From: Escherichia virus TH40
Sequence record: MT446411.1
Direction: 5' to 3' (one strand)
Length of the DNA: 64,000 bases
Both the position numbers and the translations under genes were made by a program. The notes under the pieces are model-generated. The model was not told the origin of the DNA, did not search any database, and worked only from the letters and a program-made list of their open reading frames with translations. This document shows positions 9,961-18,887 of the stretch, one piece after another; the stretch's first letter is position 1, and every line of letters begins with the position of its first letter.

Positions 9961-10308
9961 CTATTTTTGAAGTTGTTCTAAAATAAATCCGCTCGTATAA
10001 AAGGAAGCATTATACACCTTATTCAGCGGGGTCAAAGCGCGCTTATAGGTATTACGCAATTCTTTGATAACATTTTCATAACTCACGTAGTAAGCACTAT
10101 GATAATAACCTGGCTCCATACTCATACGAAATTTAATGAACCGATAAAAGCCTGTTTCCGGGTCTTGGACGAAAACGAAATCAGCACTCGTCATAACTTT
10201 TGGATGTACGTCAGGAATCATACTTTGATTGAATGCCTCCGACGCCTCCTGAAGGCTAATCTGTTTAAAGAACATAACTTTAGCATTACCAAAAAATACT
10301 TTAGACAT
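9961..10308 (-). CDS. hypothetical protein
   Basis: 115-aa ORF. Confidence 0.5.
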   Translation of the reverse strand: MSKVFFGNAKVMFFKQISLQEASEAFNQSMIPDVHPKVMTSADFVFVQDPETGFYRFIKFRMSMEPGYYHSAYYVSYENVIKELRNTYKRALTPLNKVYNASFYTSGFILEQLQK

Positions 10309-10335
10309 AATATTTTTCCCAGTAAGTAAACCTTT

Positions 10336-10482
10336 TTAAAGAACTTCTTCAATCTGAATGTACTTGCTGTAACCTTCCTCAATGAGGATATCCCGCGCAC
10401 AATTTGCGCTAATATACGCATTAAAACTAAGAGTTTTAATCACTTTACCATGAAGCTTTACTTTATAAATTCTATTGTCCAT
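10336..10482 (-). CDS. small hypothetical protein (48 aa)
   Basis: MDNRIYKVKLHGKV...; SD gaggaaaat; fills gap. Confidence 0.4.
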   Translation of the reverse strand: MDNRIYKVKLHGKVIKTLSFNAYISANCARDILIEEGYSKYIQIEEVL

Positions 10483-10496
10483 AATATTTTCCTCAA

Positions 10497-10742
10497 TTAT
10501 TCAGGGTCTACTGCGCCATCCCACAAGTCAACTTCTTCTGATGATTCCATCAGTTCATCAACTGTGAAGCACTCAGTATTATTTTCAATTGCAAAACGCT
10601 TCTGATAAAAAGGATAATCCAAACAGTTTTCAGTGCGCACGGGGCGCTCGCTGTTATCCATTAAAGGCGAAATGCGAATCAGTTGTTGACCATTACCCAG
10701 GACAAATTTTTCACCAACTGCAATGTCTTTAAAAAGTTTCAT
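10497..10742 (-). CDS. hypothetical protein
   Basis: 81-aa ORF. Confidence 0.5.
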   Translation of the reverse strand: MKLFKDIAVGEKFVLGNGQQLIRISPLMDNSERPVRTENCLDYPFYQKRFAIENNTECFTVDELMESSEEVDLWDGAVDPE

Positions 10743-10945
10743 TGCTTAGCTCCATTCCAAATTACATCAACAACAGACTTCAAACCATTATCCTGGATTT
10801 GTGTGAACACTTCAGCAGCAATCCAGAGCTGGAAACCAATCATTGCAATGGCACCAATGAAAATCAGGATAATCATCGCCACAATAAACTTGAACATAAA
10901 ATCAAAGCGACGATTGGATTTCTGAAATTGTGAATTGTAATTCAT
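10739..10945 (-). CDS. small membrane protein
   Basis: Trimmed to MNYNSQF... with SD gagga; one TM helix. Confidence 0.45.
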   Translation of the reverse strand: MNYNSQFQKSNRRFDFMFKFIVAMIILIFIGAIAMIGFQLWIAAEVFTQIQDNGLKSVVDVIWNGAKQ

Positions 10946-10955
10946 AATATTATCC

Positions 10956-11078
10956 TCAAAAGAAATAGTTAAAGTAAACGCGCACATGGTCAATCATAAA
11001 AACAATTGGGAAAATGCTCAGGACAACAAACAGTACAAACATGTTCCAAATGGCTTTAAGTAACTTTTTCATAATCAT
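10956..11078 (-). CDS. small membrane protein (40 aa)
   Basis: MIMKKLLKAIWNMFVLFVVLSIFPIVF...; downstream of promoter cassette. Confidence 0.4.
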   Translation of the reverse strand: MIMKKLLKAIWNMFVLFVVLSIFPIVFMIDHVRVYFNYFF

Positions 11079-11098
11079 CTCCAGTAGTTGATAGGTTC

Positions 11099-11126
11099 AT
11101 TATACTACAACCACTGGAGATGTACA
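11099..11126 (-). promoter_or_regulatory. early promoter cassette (TGTACA-16-TATAAT) within TCTCCAGT/ACTGGAGA inverted repeat; cagtagttgatagg leader
   Basis: Recurring family. Confidence 0.5.
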
Positions 11127-11217
11127 CTCTTTTATGCAAGTTTCATTAATAATAAACTAAAACAAACGCAAATTACTGGGATACACAACATCCAGATAAG
11201 GCACCAGGTTTTGCTGC

Positions 11218-11484
11218 TCAAAATATCACCTCTTTGATTTCAATCAATCCTCTGTACAATGCGGTGCGAAGGTCATAAAGAATATCTATGCCATCAACAT
11301 TATCCAGCTTGCCATCAATAAGCTTTTTCAAATCTTCCTTTGACGCAACTAGTGGGCGAAGAAATTTACAATCAGAAAGAGACAATTCTGTGGTAACATC
11401 ATCACCATCACCTGACGCATCATACATAGCGGCAACAACCATACCTGTAACTTTGTGTTTGGCGTAGTATAATTTAATATCCAT
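11218..11484 (-). CDS. hypothetical protein
   Basis: Trimmed to MDIKLYYAKHK...; track N-terminal extension is translated leader. Confidence 0.5.
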   Translation of the reverse strand: MDIKLYYAKHKVTGMVVAAMYDASGDGDDVTTELSLSDCKFLRPLVASKEDLKKLIDGKLDNVDGIDILYDLRTALYRGLIEIKEVIF

Positions 11485-11517
11485 TTGTTTCTCCAGTTGG
11501 TAACTCAGTATGGAATC

Positions 11518-11546
11518 ATTATATATAGACTCCATACTGATGTACA
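11518..11546 (-). promoter_or_regulatory. early promoter cassette (TGTACA-17-TATAAT) in CAGTATGGA/TCCATACTG 9-bp stem
   Basis: -10 in hairpin loop; gtaactcagtatgg leader family. Confidence 0.55.
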
Positions 11547-11557
11547 CTACTTTTTGA

Positions 11558-11833
11558 TTAATTGTGCATTTGTTCTTTAACTTCTTTATATGCACCAACT
11601 GCATTCACGACCCCAGTGAAATCTGCTGTTCCGCGATATAGATAGAAAGCGATTTCAGTCAGGTGATAAACTTCAAATTCTGAAAGATAAATGATAACGT
11701 CATAATAGGCAACTTGCCCCTGGACTTCGTTGAATACCACATCAAAAATTTCATGGGTTGGAAAATTGATGTTGTTGTTTTTGAGTGCTTGAATAAGAAT
11801 TTGTTTGATGTGATGAGTAGTAACGTGTTCCAT
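11558..11833 (-). CDS. hypothetical protein
   Basis: Trimmed to MEHVTTHHIKQ...; SD gagga. Confidence 0.45.
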   Translation of the reverse strand: MEHVTTHHIKQILIQALKNNNINFPTHEIFDVVFNEVQGQVAYYDVIIYLSEFEVYHLTEIAFYLYRGTADFTGVVNAVGAYKEVKEQMHN

Positions 11834-11880
11834 GATAATGTCCTCATTTGTTGGTGTGAGGACATTATTACATGGTTGGT

Positions 11881-12474
11881 TCAGCTTGTAAACCGGTGAT
11901 AGGGAAATTTTTCTTCTGAACAAGAACGGAGGTACCAGCCATCCCCTTGTGACTTCTGCACAAGACCAGACTCAGGGACGAAAGCACCAGGTCCAGCAAG
12001 GAATTTTGGTTTAAATCTATAACCTTTGATAGTCTCTTTAACATTAAACATAATCATAAGGTCAGCAAGCTTGTACTGCATAAAGGGTCCAAGATTAACT
12101 CCGTAACCACGTGGATAATCGCCCTGGTGACCAGTATGCACGGATATCCATTTGGAGCCAGATTGGTGAGTCTTAACTTCGATTCTTACCCCTTCCTGGG
12201 AGACTACATCGAATGCAAAAGAGAACGGGTTATTGTAATCTTCATCGCCGCCACATAAGAAACCGGAGGTCCATTTGGCAATAGCTTGTTCAGCCATTGT
12301 AGCCACCATACATCTTTGCATGACTTGCTCACGGTCCTGGGCTGGGTCTTTACGCAATGAATACCTGGCAGTGCCTACAATCTTTTGCATGGATTCGGGT
12401 GTTAAGTCTTCCTTTGTATAAAGAAAGGAGGGCATCTTTTTCAGATGCTCCCATGTTTTACTCTTCTGAATCAT
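11881..12474 (-). CDS. denB: possible endonuclease IV DenB
   Basis: Position between ndd block and rIIB as in T4; sequence not verified. Confidence 0.45.
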   Translation of the reverse strand: MIQKSKTWEHLKKMPSFLYTKEDLTPESMQKIVGTARYSLRKDPAQDREQVMQRCMVATMAEQAIAKWTSGFLCGGDEDYNNPFSFAFDVVSQEGVRIEVKTHQSGSKWISVHTGHQGDYPRGYGVNLGPFMQYKLADLMIMFNVKETIKGYRFKPKFLAGPGAFVPESGLVQKSQGDGWYLRSCSEEKFPYHRFTS

Positions 12475-12478
12475 AATG

Positions 12479-12799
12479 TCATCCTTTAAAATACATATCG
12501 GATTTTTCGACAATATCTAAAGAATTTTGCTCAGCTTGCTCTTGATAATCGCTGCCAATATAAACTTTGTCCACATGAACGACGCCATAATAAATTCTGG
12601 CACTTTCGGCTAGTGTAGAATGGTCCAGACTACGAAGTTCTTCTTTCGTTGCAAGAATGATGTCCCTCGCATATAACCGCCCAGTTGACTTTGTAGAAGC
12701 ATAATGACAATCCACACAATAAACAATATCCGCAACATGATTACCATGCAACCGGATTTCGTTAATAGATTCATCGCCAACGTTCATATAGTTAATCAT
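12479..12799 (-). CDS. hypothetical protein
   Basis: 106-aa ORF. Confidence 0.5.
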   Translation of the reverse strand: MINYMNVGDESINEIRLHGNHVADIVYCVDCHYASTKSTGRLYARDIILATKEELRSLDHSTLAESARIYYGVVHVDKVYIGSDYQEQAEQNSLDIVEKSDMYFKG

Positions 12800-12802
12800 A
12801 AT

Positions 12803-13000
12803 TTATTCACCAAAATAAGAGATACGGATTGCCAGTACATGAGCATATGCGCCCATCGCATCCAGTTGGGCAATCAAAAGACCTTGTTGACGGATATCAA
12901 GAGTTTCAAAAACACCACCTTTAATAAACTCTTCAAGAGCATTGATTTTCAGGACCAGTTGGTCATATTCTTCAAATACACGTGCTTGGAAACCTAACAT
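12803..13000 (-). CDS. hypothetical protein
   Basis: 65-aa ORF. Confidence 0.45.
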   Translation of the reverse strand: MLGFQARVFEEYDQLVLKINALEEFIKGGVFETLDIRQQGLLIAQLDAMGAYAHVLAIRISYFGE

Positions 13001-13012
13001 AAAGCCTCATTA

Positions 13013-13026
13013 GGGGCCGAAGCCCC
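13013..13026 (-). other. stem-loop GGGGC-CGAA-GCCCC downstream of rIIB
   Basis: 5-bp GC stem with tetraloop; no T-run. Confidence 0.4.
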
Positions 13027-13033
13027 GATTAAT

Positions 13034-14008
13034 TTAGAATTGTTCAGTTACATCATCAAGGACCAGGTAACCACAAACCCTCATCTTACTATCCCCATAA
13101 TCCACCGGGATGCTTACAACATCACGCGGGTGAACTTTACAGGATACGATGCGCCCATCACCATGACCAAAACCACTTCCGATATAACCTTTAGAACAAA
13201 CGTGCAGCCCGGTTGAACAGGTCTGTTCGTCATTGTCATTCACACGAGAGCGTGGCATTTTAACATATTGTCCAGGACTGTTGTCGAATGTGTTTGAGTG
13301 ACAATCTTTGTAGGTTGAACGAACCATTTTCCAGGCGATGAAATGACCGTCTTCGGTGATTTCGATATCATTCGCAACCAGGAAGTCAAACAAACGCTGT
13401 ACGGCTTTCTCGCTCGGGTTCTCAAGGAGATTCTCAAGGAATGGCAGATAGAATTCAAAGTCTTCGCCATTTTGCATTGAATCGATGATACGAGTAACCA
13501 GACCAGAGCGCAGTTCAATTCCCTGATAGAACAGACTACCACCTTCGATACGCACATCGCCTTTCACATATTTTTGTACTGCAGCTTTGATTGAGATAAA
13601 CTCGATAGCATCATCAAAACGAGATTCAATCAATGCCTGAATAATATCATTAAAGTGTTTATGGTCTTTTGTTGCGTTCCAGACCGTACGACCTTCAGTG
13701 ATGGAAACGAATTTGCTTGATGCATTCCATACGATTTCTGGACGGCTACCGCCGATTGTATCTTCAACAACCGGGACTTCAACCGTTACTGTCACCGGAG
13801 CATTAATCGCCACACCAACAGCTGCTTTCAGTGATGCAGAAATGGTTTTAGATAATTTTGATTCTTTATCATTTTTCAAAACGCGGCGAATGGTGTCAAC
13901 CGATACACCGAAATTATCTGCTAATTCCTGTTGGGTATAATTACCAGTTTTATAAAGAGAAACTACCTGGTTTTGGTCAAATTTGGATAAAGCTTTAATA
14001 TTAAACAT
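13034..14008 (-). CDS. rIIB: rIIB protein
   Basis: 324 aa; N-terminus ...YTQQELAD..GVSVDTIRRVLKN and C-terminal half match T4 rIIB. Confidence 0.9.
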   Translation of the reverse strand: MFNIKALSKFDQNQVVSLYKTGNYTQQELADNFGVSVDTIRRVLKNDKESKLSKTISASLKAAVGVAINAPVTVTVEVPVVEDTIGGSRPEIVWNASSKFVSITEGRTVWNATKDHKHFNDIIQALIESRFDDAIEFISIKAAVQKYVKGDVRIEGGSLFYQGIELRSGLVTRIIDSMQNGEDFEFYLPFLENLLENPSEKAVQRLFDFLVANDIEITEDGHFIAWKMVRSTYKDCHSNTFDNSPGQYVKMPRSRVNDNDEQTCSTGLHVCSKGYIGSGFGHGDGRIVSCKVHPRDVVSIPVDYGDSKMRVCGYLVLDDVTEQF

Positions 14009-14009
14009 A

Positions 14010-16244
14010 TTATTCCTTATTGGCCGCTTCCACGGCCTTCATGATTTGAGCAACGTTCTGTACTTGTTCAGTTGACATGGCGTTACGGTTATATAAAAAG
14101 TGTGAAACAATCGGGTGATTCTTTTCAAATTCAAAAACCATTTTATCGCTTGTTACCGAAGCGTTTTTGGTCAGGTCGTCATAAATCTTATTACAAAGGA
14201 CCAGAGTTTCCTGCATGGTCTTATCAACTGTCCCACTGTTATATGCGTTATAAGCAAAGAACTTATTGAACTGCATTAGTTCGGCATAGTCAGTGTTAAC
14301 ATCTTTCTGAACATCTTTTGCATAAAAATACTTGAACATAAAATTCAATTCTGCATATTCAGACAGGATAGGAATATAATAACGCGAACGGCTTGAAGCG
14401 GCAATGTACTGGTCCGCATCAACCGCATCAATCAATTCCACATAACGATTGACTGCAGCTTCAATCAGACAATCACACTGTGCCAGCTTGGTAACCTTTT
14501 TCTGAAGCTGTGGACGAATAACACAGAATTCATTGATTTCCAGTAGATTCGCCAGTTTGCACAATGTCTGGGTCCCGAAGGTCGTGGTGCCATATTCTTG
14601 ATTCAACGGGGAAATGCTACTGCGGTTAATGAATACAGCATAACCATCGATTTCCTCTGCATCAGCTGCACATGTAAATTCTTCAACAGCCTGCCAGCGA
14701 CCATTGGTTTTGGTCCAACGAATCACCGATGGAGTCTTTGACTTAACACGCTCTTTCGGGTCCGCAACCGGAATCCAGTCTTTTACAAGGGCGGTCAGTT
14801 CAGACGTACGATAGATATTAACTGTATCGCCTTTAAATCGTTCCTGAAGTTGAACCATCAACCGTGTTTGAATTTCGCTGGTTGGGTCAACGAACAATAG
14901 ACTACTACCTTGTACAGTCGGGACTTTACCAGATGCTTTGAGCTTTTTGGCTTTCGCGCTGGTGTCATACAGCATTGAACTGATACCACGAATCATCGCA
15001 ATTCGCCCTTTAGCATCGTCAATAACAATATTCAAGGTATCATTATGAATACCAAACATGCTTGTCAGGCTTGCAGTATTCGTGTTCGAGCTTGAGTTAC
15101 GCAGACGTTTCAGACGGGTAGTGCTATAGATATCATAGACAACCCCTGCATTAATAAGGTCTTTGTCCAGCTCGAACATTTCGTACATCTGGTTAAAAGT
15201 TAATTGCGATTTTGTAAATTTTGTATCAGCATTACGAGCTTTCAAAAAATTACGAGCTTCATAACTCAGACTCTGTAATTCGCGATACGTATGACGAATA
15301 CATTCTGATTCCTGCCATTTCTTACAATCATCTTCCATGACTTTCTTATCAAGGGTTTCAATACGCTCAACGATATTTGCGACCGTACGTTTGTCCAGTG
15401 ATAATGCTTCGCGAGAAGGTGCGATATCCAGCGAACCCATCGGGAACTTAATAAAGACGACATCATTTTTGGCAGTCATCCAGGTTTTCTTTGTATAACC
15501 ATCGGCAATCGGATAAACAATGCCACCGTAAATTGCGTAAAGACCATAACGCTCTGGGCTGCTATAATCAATACGCTTTGGAGCATAATAATCATCGAAT
15601 TCCGGGAAGTAATTAATTTCGTTCGCGCCTTGCACATCAGCCAGCCCAGCAAACGGACGCATGATATATGCAATCTCATGACGGAACTTGCCGAAATCAT
15701 TACTATCGACCGGGACAACAACTTCAATCCCTGTACGGTCACCAGGTTTCATTGGTTCGCTAAAGGTTGGCTTAATCTGTGGACCATCACCATCCATATA
15801 AGCGACATAACCATTAACTTGACCATCATGATATGAAATCAGGCTAAACGTCTCTGTATAACTAAACGGAGATTTAGAGCCCAGACCAAAGCCACCAATA
15901 AAATCGTTGGATTCAGCCTTGGATGATGCAAAGAAACTGTTATACAGACCTGGAGTATTTTCATCACCACGAATCTGGAAATCGCTCATACCTGGACCAA
16001 AATCACGACATACAAAACGTGGGTCCAGTTCGCCAGGAGCTTGAACAATGAATTTATCCTGACAACCATTGAGCATATGAGCATCAATCATATTGGTAAT
16101 CAGCTCACGAACAACCGCGCGCACTTTGTTTGTGTAAAGGTCGCTGGTCAGAATCTTAAACACCTTTGGAGATGCTTGGATTGTAAATGCAGATGCCTTT
16201 GCACCATTACCAAGGATTGTTTCTTTTTCAGTTTCTAAAATCAT
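14010..16244 (-). CDS. rIIA: rIIA protein
   Basis: 744 aa; ATPase-like N-terminus; immediately upstream of rIIB. Confidence 0.9.
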   Translation of the reverse strand: MILETEKETILGNGAKASAFTIQASPKVFKILTSDLYTNKVRAVVRELITNMIDAHMLNGCQDKFIVQAPGELDPRFVCRDFGPGMSDFQIRGDENTPGLYNSFFASSKAESNDFIGGFGLGSKSPFSYTETFSLISYHDGQVNGYVAYMDGDGPQIKPTFSEPMKPGDRTGIEVVVPVDSNDFGKFRHEIAYIMRPFAGLADVQGANEINYFPEFDDYYAPKRIDYSSPERYGLYAIYGGIVYPIADGYTKKTWMTAKNDVVFIKFPMGSLDIAPSREALSLDKRTVANIVERIETLDKKVMEDDCKKWQESECIRHTYRELQSLSYEARNFLKARNADTKFTKSQLTFNQMYEMFELDKDLINAGVVYDIYSTTRLKRLRNSSSNTNTASLTSMFGIHNDTLNIVIDDAKGRIAMIRGISSMLYDTSAKAKKLKASGKVPTVQGSSLLFVDPTSEIQTRLMVQLQERFKGDTVNIYRTSELTALVKDWIPVADPKERVKSKTPSVIRWTKTNGRWQAVEEFTCAADAEEIDGYAVFINRSSISPLNQEYGTTTFGTQTLCKLANLLEINEFCVIRPQLQKKVTKLAQCDCLIEAAVNRYVELIDAVDADQYIAASSRSRYYIPILSEYAELNFMFKYFYAKDVQKDVNTDYAELMQFNKFFAYNAYNSGTVDKTMQETLVLCNKIYDDLTKNASVTSDKMVFEFEKNHPIVSHFLYNRNAMSTEQVQNVAQIMKAVEAANKE

Positions 16245-16251
16245 GTTTTTC

Positions 16252-16461
16252 TCACTTTATATTACGTTTGAATAAGTCTGCAACTTCAAGAAGTTCATCC
16301 TTTGTTGCGGTGTCTGAAGCTATTTTAATACGGATTTCTTTGAAGCGTTCTTTAAACTCTTCCGCTTCTCTTATATCAAAAAACCGTTGGATAACACGGT
16401 ATTCTTTATGAACGGCCTTGTCAAACAGTTCCAGATTCACTTTGAAGTTTGTCATTTCCAA
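16252..16461 (-). CDS. hypothetical protein
   Basis: 69-aa ORF. Confidence 0.45.
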   Translation of the reverse strand: MEMTNFKVNLELFDKAVHKEYRVIQRFFDIREAEEFKERFKEIRIKIASDTATKDELLEVADLFKRNIK

Positions 16462-16720
16462 TCTCCTGCAATATTTTTCTCATACTACGCATGGTAGCTT
16501 TATGTTCTTGGTCATGGTATATCAATGCAAGGAGTGCTTCAATTCGCTCCTCTGGGACCTTCTGACCATCCTTTATGCTCATGGCTGATGTTCTTACAGC
16601 CAACAAGTAACTTCGCTTCCTGTCGCTATCTGGGAGCTCCTGTACCTTCCTCAAGCCTGCTTCCATAATACAACGAGCAACATTCTGCAGATTAACTAAA
16701 CTTCCGTCAGACATAATCAT
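16421..16720 (-). CDS. hypothetical protein
   Basis: 99-aa ORF. Confidence 0.5.
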   Translation of the reverse strand: MIMSDGSLVNLQNVARCIMEAGLRKVQELPDSDRKRSYLLAVRTSAMSIKDGQKVPEERIEALLALIYHDQEHKATMRSMRKILQEIGNDKLQSESGTV

Positions 16721-16737
16721 ATTTTCACCTCAAGGAC

Positions 16738-16766
16738 ATCTTAACACAATTTTTGTGGTCTGTACA
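16738..16766 (-). promoter_or_regulatory. early promoter (TGTACA-17-TAAGAT)
   Basis: Upstream of 16421-16720. Confidence 0.4.
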
Positions 16767-16776
16767 TAATAAAAAA

Positions 16777-16790
16777 GGACCCGAAGGTCC
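16777..16790 (-). terminator. rho-independent terminator GGACC-CGAA-GGTCC
   Basis: Hairpin followed by TTTTTTATT on - strand. Confidence 0.7.
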
Positions 16791-16795
16791 TTTGA

Positions 16796-16948
16796 CTACT
16801 CAACTTTATAGACTTGCCCATACGCGGTATAGTATTCACCATCCCAGGTCTCACACATAATGGTGACAAAGGATGCAAACAAGGGTTTAGTATCGGCCCA
16901 CAGATAACCGTATTCGCCATTTGACAACGTAACCCACCACTTTTTCAT
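16796..16948 (-). CDS. small protein (50 aa) behind a late promoter
   Basis: MKKWWVTLSNGEYGYLWADTK...; SD aggag. Confidence 0.4.
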   Translation of the reverse strand: MKKWWVTLSNGEYGYLWADTKPLFASFVTIMCETWDGEYYTAYGQVYKVE

Positions 16949-16966
16949 GGACTTCTCCTATAAGAC

Positions 16967-16982
16967 GGGAGAATATTCTCCC
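16967..16982 (-). other. perfect 16-bp palindrome GGGAGAATATTCTCCC in the leader
   Basis: Between late promoter and SD of 16796-16948. Confidence 0.55.
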
Positions 16983-16987
16983 ACATC

Positions 16988-16995
16988 TATTTATA
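16988..16995 (-). promoter_or_regulatory. T4-type late promoter TATAAATA
   Basis: Exact rc TATAAATA overlapping the gene 39 stop. Confidence 0.5.
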
Positions 16996-18823
16996 GCGTC
17001 GCATTCATCCAATCTTTGCGCAGCTTCGGTTCTTTACCGAAAAGCATTTCGAACAGTTCTTTCCAGTTGTCAGGTAATTGAACAACTTCGAATACCGGTT
17101 CGAGCAATACTCGCTTGTACTCGGAATCTTCCAGCGAACCCAGTCCCTTGATATATCTGATGGTATGCTTTGGAAGTTTATCCTTAGCTTCTTCATAATC
17201 AGGGAGAGAATAGAACCATTCTTGTTTATCTTTGAGTTGTGCAATAATAACAGGAGTTTTCACAAAGCGAATACGTCCTTCATGGAACAGCTCCGGCCAG
17301 TTACTGAAAAATGCCAATAACGATGGATAGATACTACCGACACCATCCACATCCGCATCTGTCATGATAGCGATATTTCGGTAATTCATATTCTCGGCTG
17401 GTTGTCCAATCGTTAATCCAGTAATCGCACACACATCAAAGGCTTCTGCGTTTTTCATAACTTCAACAGCTTTCAGACCCCATGTGTTTTTGAACTTACC
17501 GCGCAACGGATAAGCGCCTTGCAATTCACGGTCACGAACCTTGATAAACGGACCCGTTGCAGAATCCCCTTCGGTCAGGAACAAAGTCGTTTCCAGCTTG
17601 TCATTGCCCCATTCGTTGGCCTTGATATGTTTCTGTACCTTGGCCTTTGAAGCTTTCTTATTCGCCTTAGTCTCTGCTGCTTTCTCTGCAGCCAATTTAC
17701 GAGCCAATGCAGCTTCCACAATCGGCATAATCAGCGATTCATTTTTCAGAATAGCTTGAGCAATCTTCTTGGCATCGATTTGGATATGGTTTCGAATTTC
17801 ACCAGCCGGAGAAGTCAATCGCTCTTTAGTCTGGGAATCAAATCGCATGTTGCTCATATCGCGGATGAACATAAGCATGGTGAGGCATTCTTTAACTCGT
17901 GCCTTGGTTACTTCGATGCCTTTATATTTGCGCTTAATGGCTGGTTGGAGGTGTTCACAGATATCATCCATAACACATTCAACGTGGTGCCCGCCATTCT
18001 TTGTATGAATGTTGTTGACATAAGTCAGCTGACGGAAGCCGTCTGGACTGGTCGTGAAAGCCATTGATACTGTATCAGTTTCCTGAATAACAACTTCGGT
18101 ACCGAATTGCTTGGAGAACTTCTTGAAGTTGCCATCAACCTTTTTACCATTAAAGGTGAACTGAATATCCGGGTAAACAACCGCAAGAGTCTGCAGACGG
18201 TCCAATGTAATATCCAGATAAATCTGGGACAAACTATTTTCTTCGAAGTGACTAAAGTCCGGAACAAAGATAACAGTTGTGCCTTTACCCTTAGATTTCT
18301 TGGTAGACCAACCTTTGTTTTCCATACCGTTGGAGCAGTTAACAGTAATTTCATTTGCACCATCAGCGGTAATCCCTGTAAACAATACAGAGAAAATATT
18401 GGTCAGAGAAGACCCGACGCCATTCATCCCACCGGTTTTACGTTCAGCATCATCACCGAAGTTGCCCCCGGCTTTTGGAATAGTCCACGCTGCAACGGGC
18501 CCAGGGATTTGTTCACCGCTTTGGTCGACAACCATTGCTTGTGGAATACCACGACCATTATCAGAAACTGAAATCTGGTTATCTTTAATTTGAACATCAA
18601 TTTTATTGGCAAATTTAAAACTGGTGCGAATTGCTTCATCAACAGAGTTATCGATAATTTCATCAATCAGTTTTACAATACCAGGAACATAGCTTACGGA
18701 CTTATATTCACCAAACAAGAATCGCTCATGCGCTTCATTTGAACTGGAACCAATATACATCCCGGAACGTTTTTTGATATGCTCGACGTCCGAGAGTACT
18801 TTAATTTCATTATTAATCATCAT
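16991..18823 (-). CDS. 39: DNA topoisomerase II large subunit gp39 (GyrB-like), single uninterrupted ORF
   Basis: 610 aa; GHKL ATPase and TOPRIM-like motifs; longer than T4 gp39, consistent with a 39+60 fusion. Confidence 0.9.
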   Translation of the reverse strand: MMINNEIKVLSDVEHIKKRSGMYIGSSSNEAHERFLFGEYKSVSYVPGIVKLIDEIIDNSVDEAIRTSFKFANKIDVQIKDNQISVSDNGRGIPQAMVVDQSGEQIPGPVAAWTIPKAGGNFGDDAERKTGGMNGVGSSLTNIFSVLFTGITADGANEITVNCSNGMENKGWSTKKSKGKGTTVIFVPDFSHFEENSLSQIYLDITLDRLQTLAVVYPDIQFTFNGKKVDGNFKKFSKQFGTEVVIQETDTVSMAFTTSPDGFRQLTYVNNIHTKNGGHHVECVMDDICEHLQPAIKRKYKGIEVTKARVKECLTMLMFIRDMSNMRFDSQTKERLTSPAGEIRNHIQIDAKKIAQAILKNESLIMPIVEAALARKLAAEKAAETKANKKASKAKVQKHIKANEWGNDKLETTLFLTEGDSATGPFIKVRDRELQGAYPLRGKFKNTWGLKAVEVMKNAEAFDVCAITGLTIGQPAENMNYRNIAIMTDADVDGVGSIYPSLLAFFSNWPELFHEGRIRFVKTPVIIAQLKDKQEWFYSLPDYEEAKDKLPKHTIRYIKGLGSLEDSEYKRVLLEPVFEVVQLPDNWKELFEMLFGKEPKLRKDWMNATL

Positions 18824-18845
18824 CTTTCCTCTTGTGTATGGAGGT

Positions 18846-18870
18846 ATTATAAGTCACATATTTTAAAGCA
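18846..18870 (-). promoter_or_regulatory. MotA-dependent middle promoter (TTGCTTTA box, 12 bp, TATAAT) for gene 39
   Basis: rc ...tTTGCTTTAaaatatgtgactTATAAT... Confidence 0.6.
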
Positions 18871-18873
18871 AAA

Positions 18874-18887
18874 AGGCCCGAAGGCCT
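18874..18887 (-). terminator. rho-independent terminator AGGCC-CGAA-GGCCT
   Basis: Hairpin plus TTTTTG on - strand after lipoprotein gene. Confidence 0.65.
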
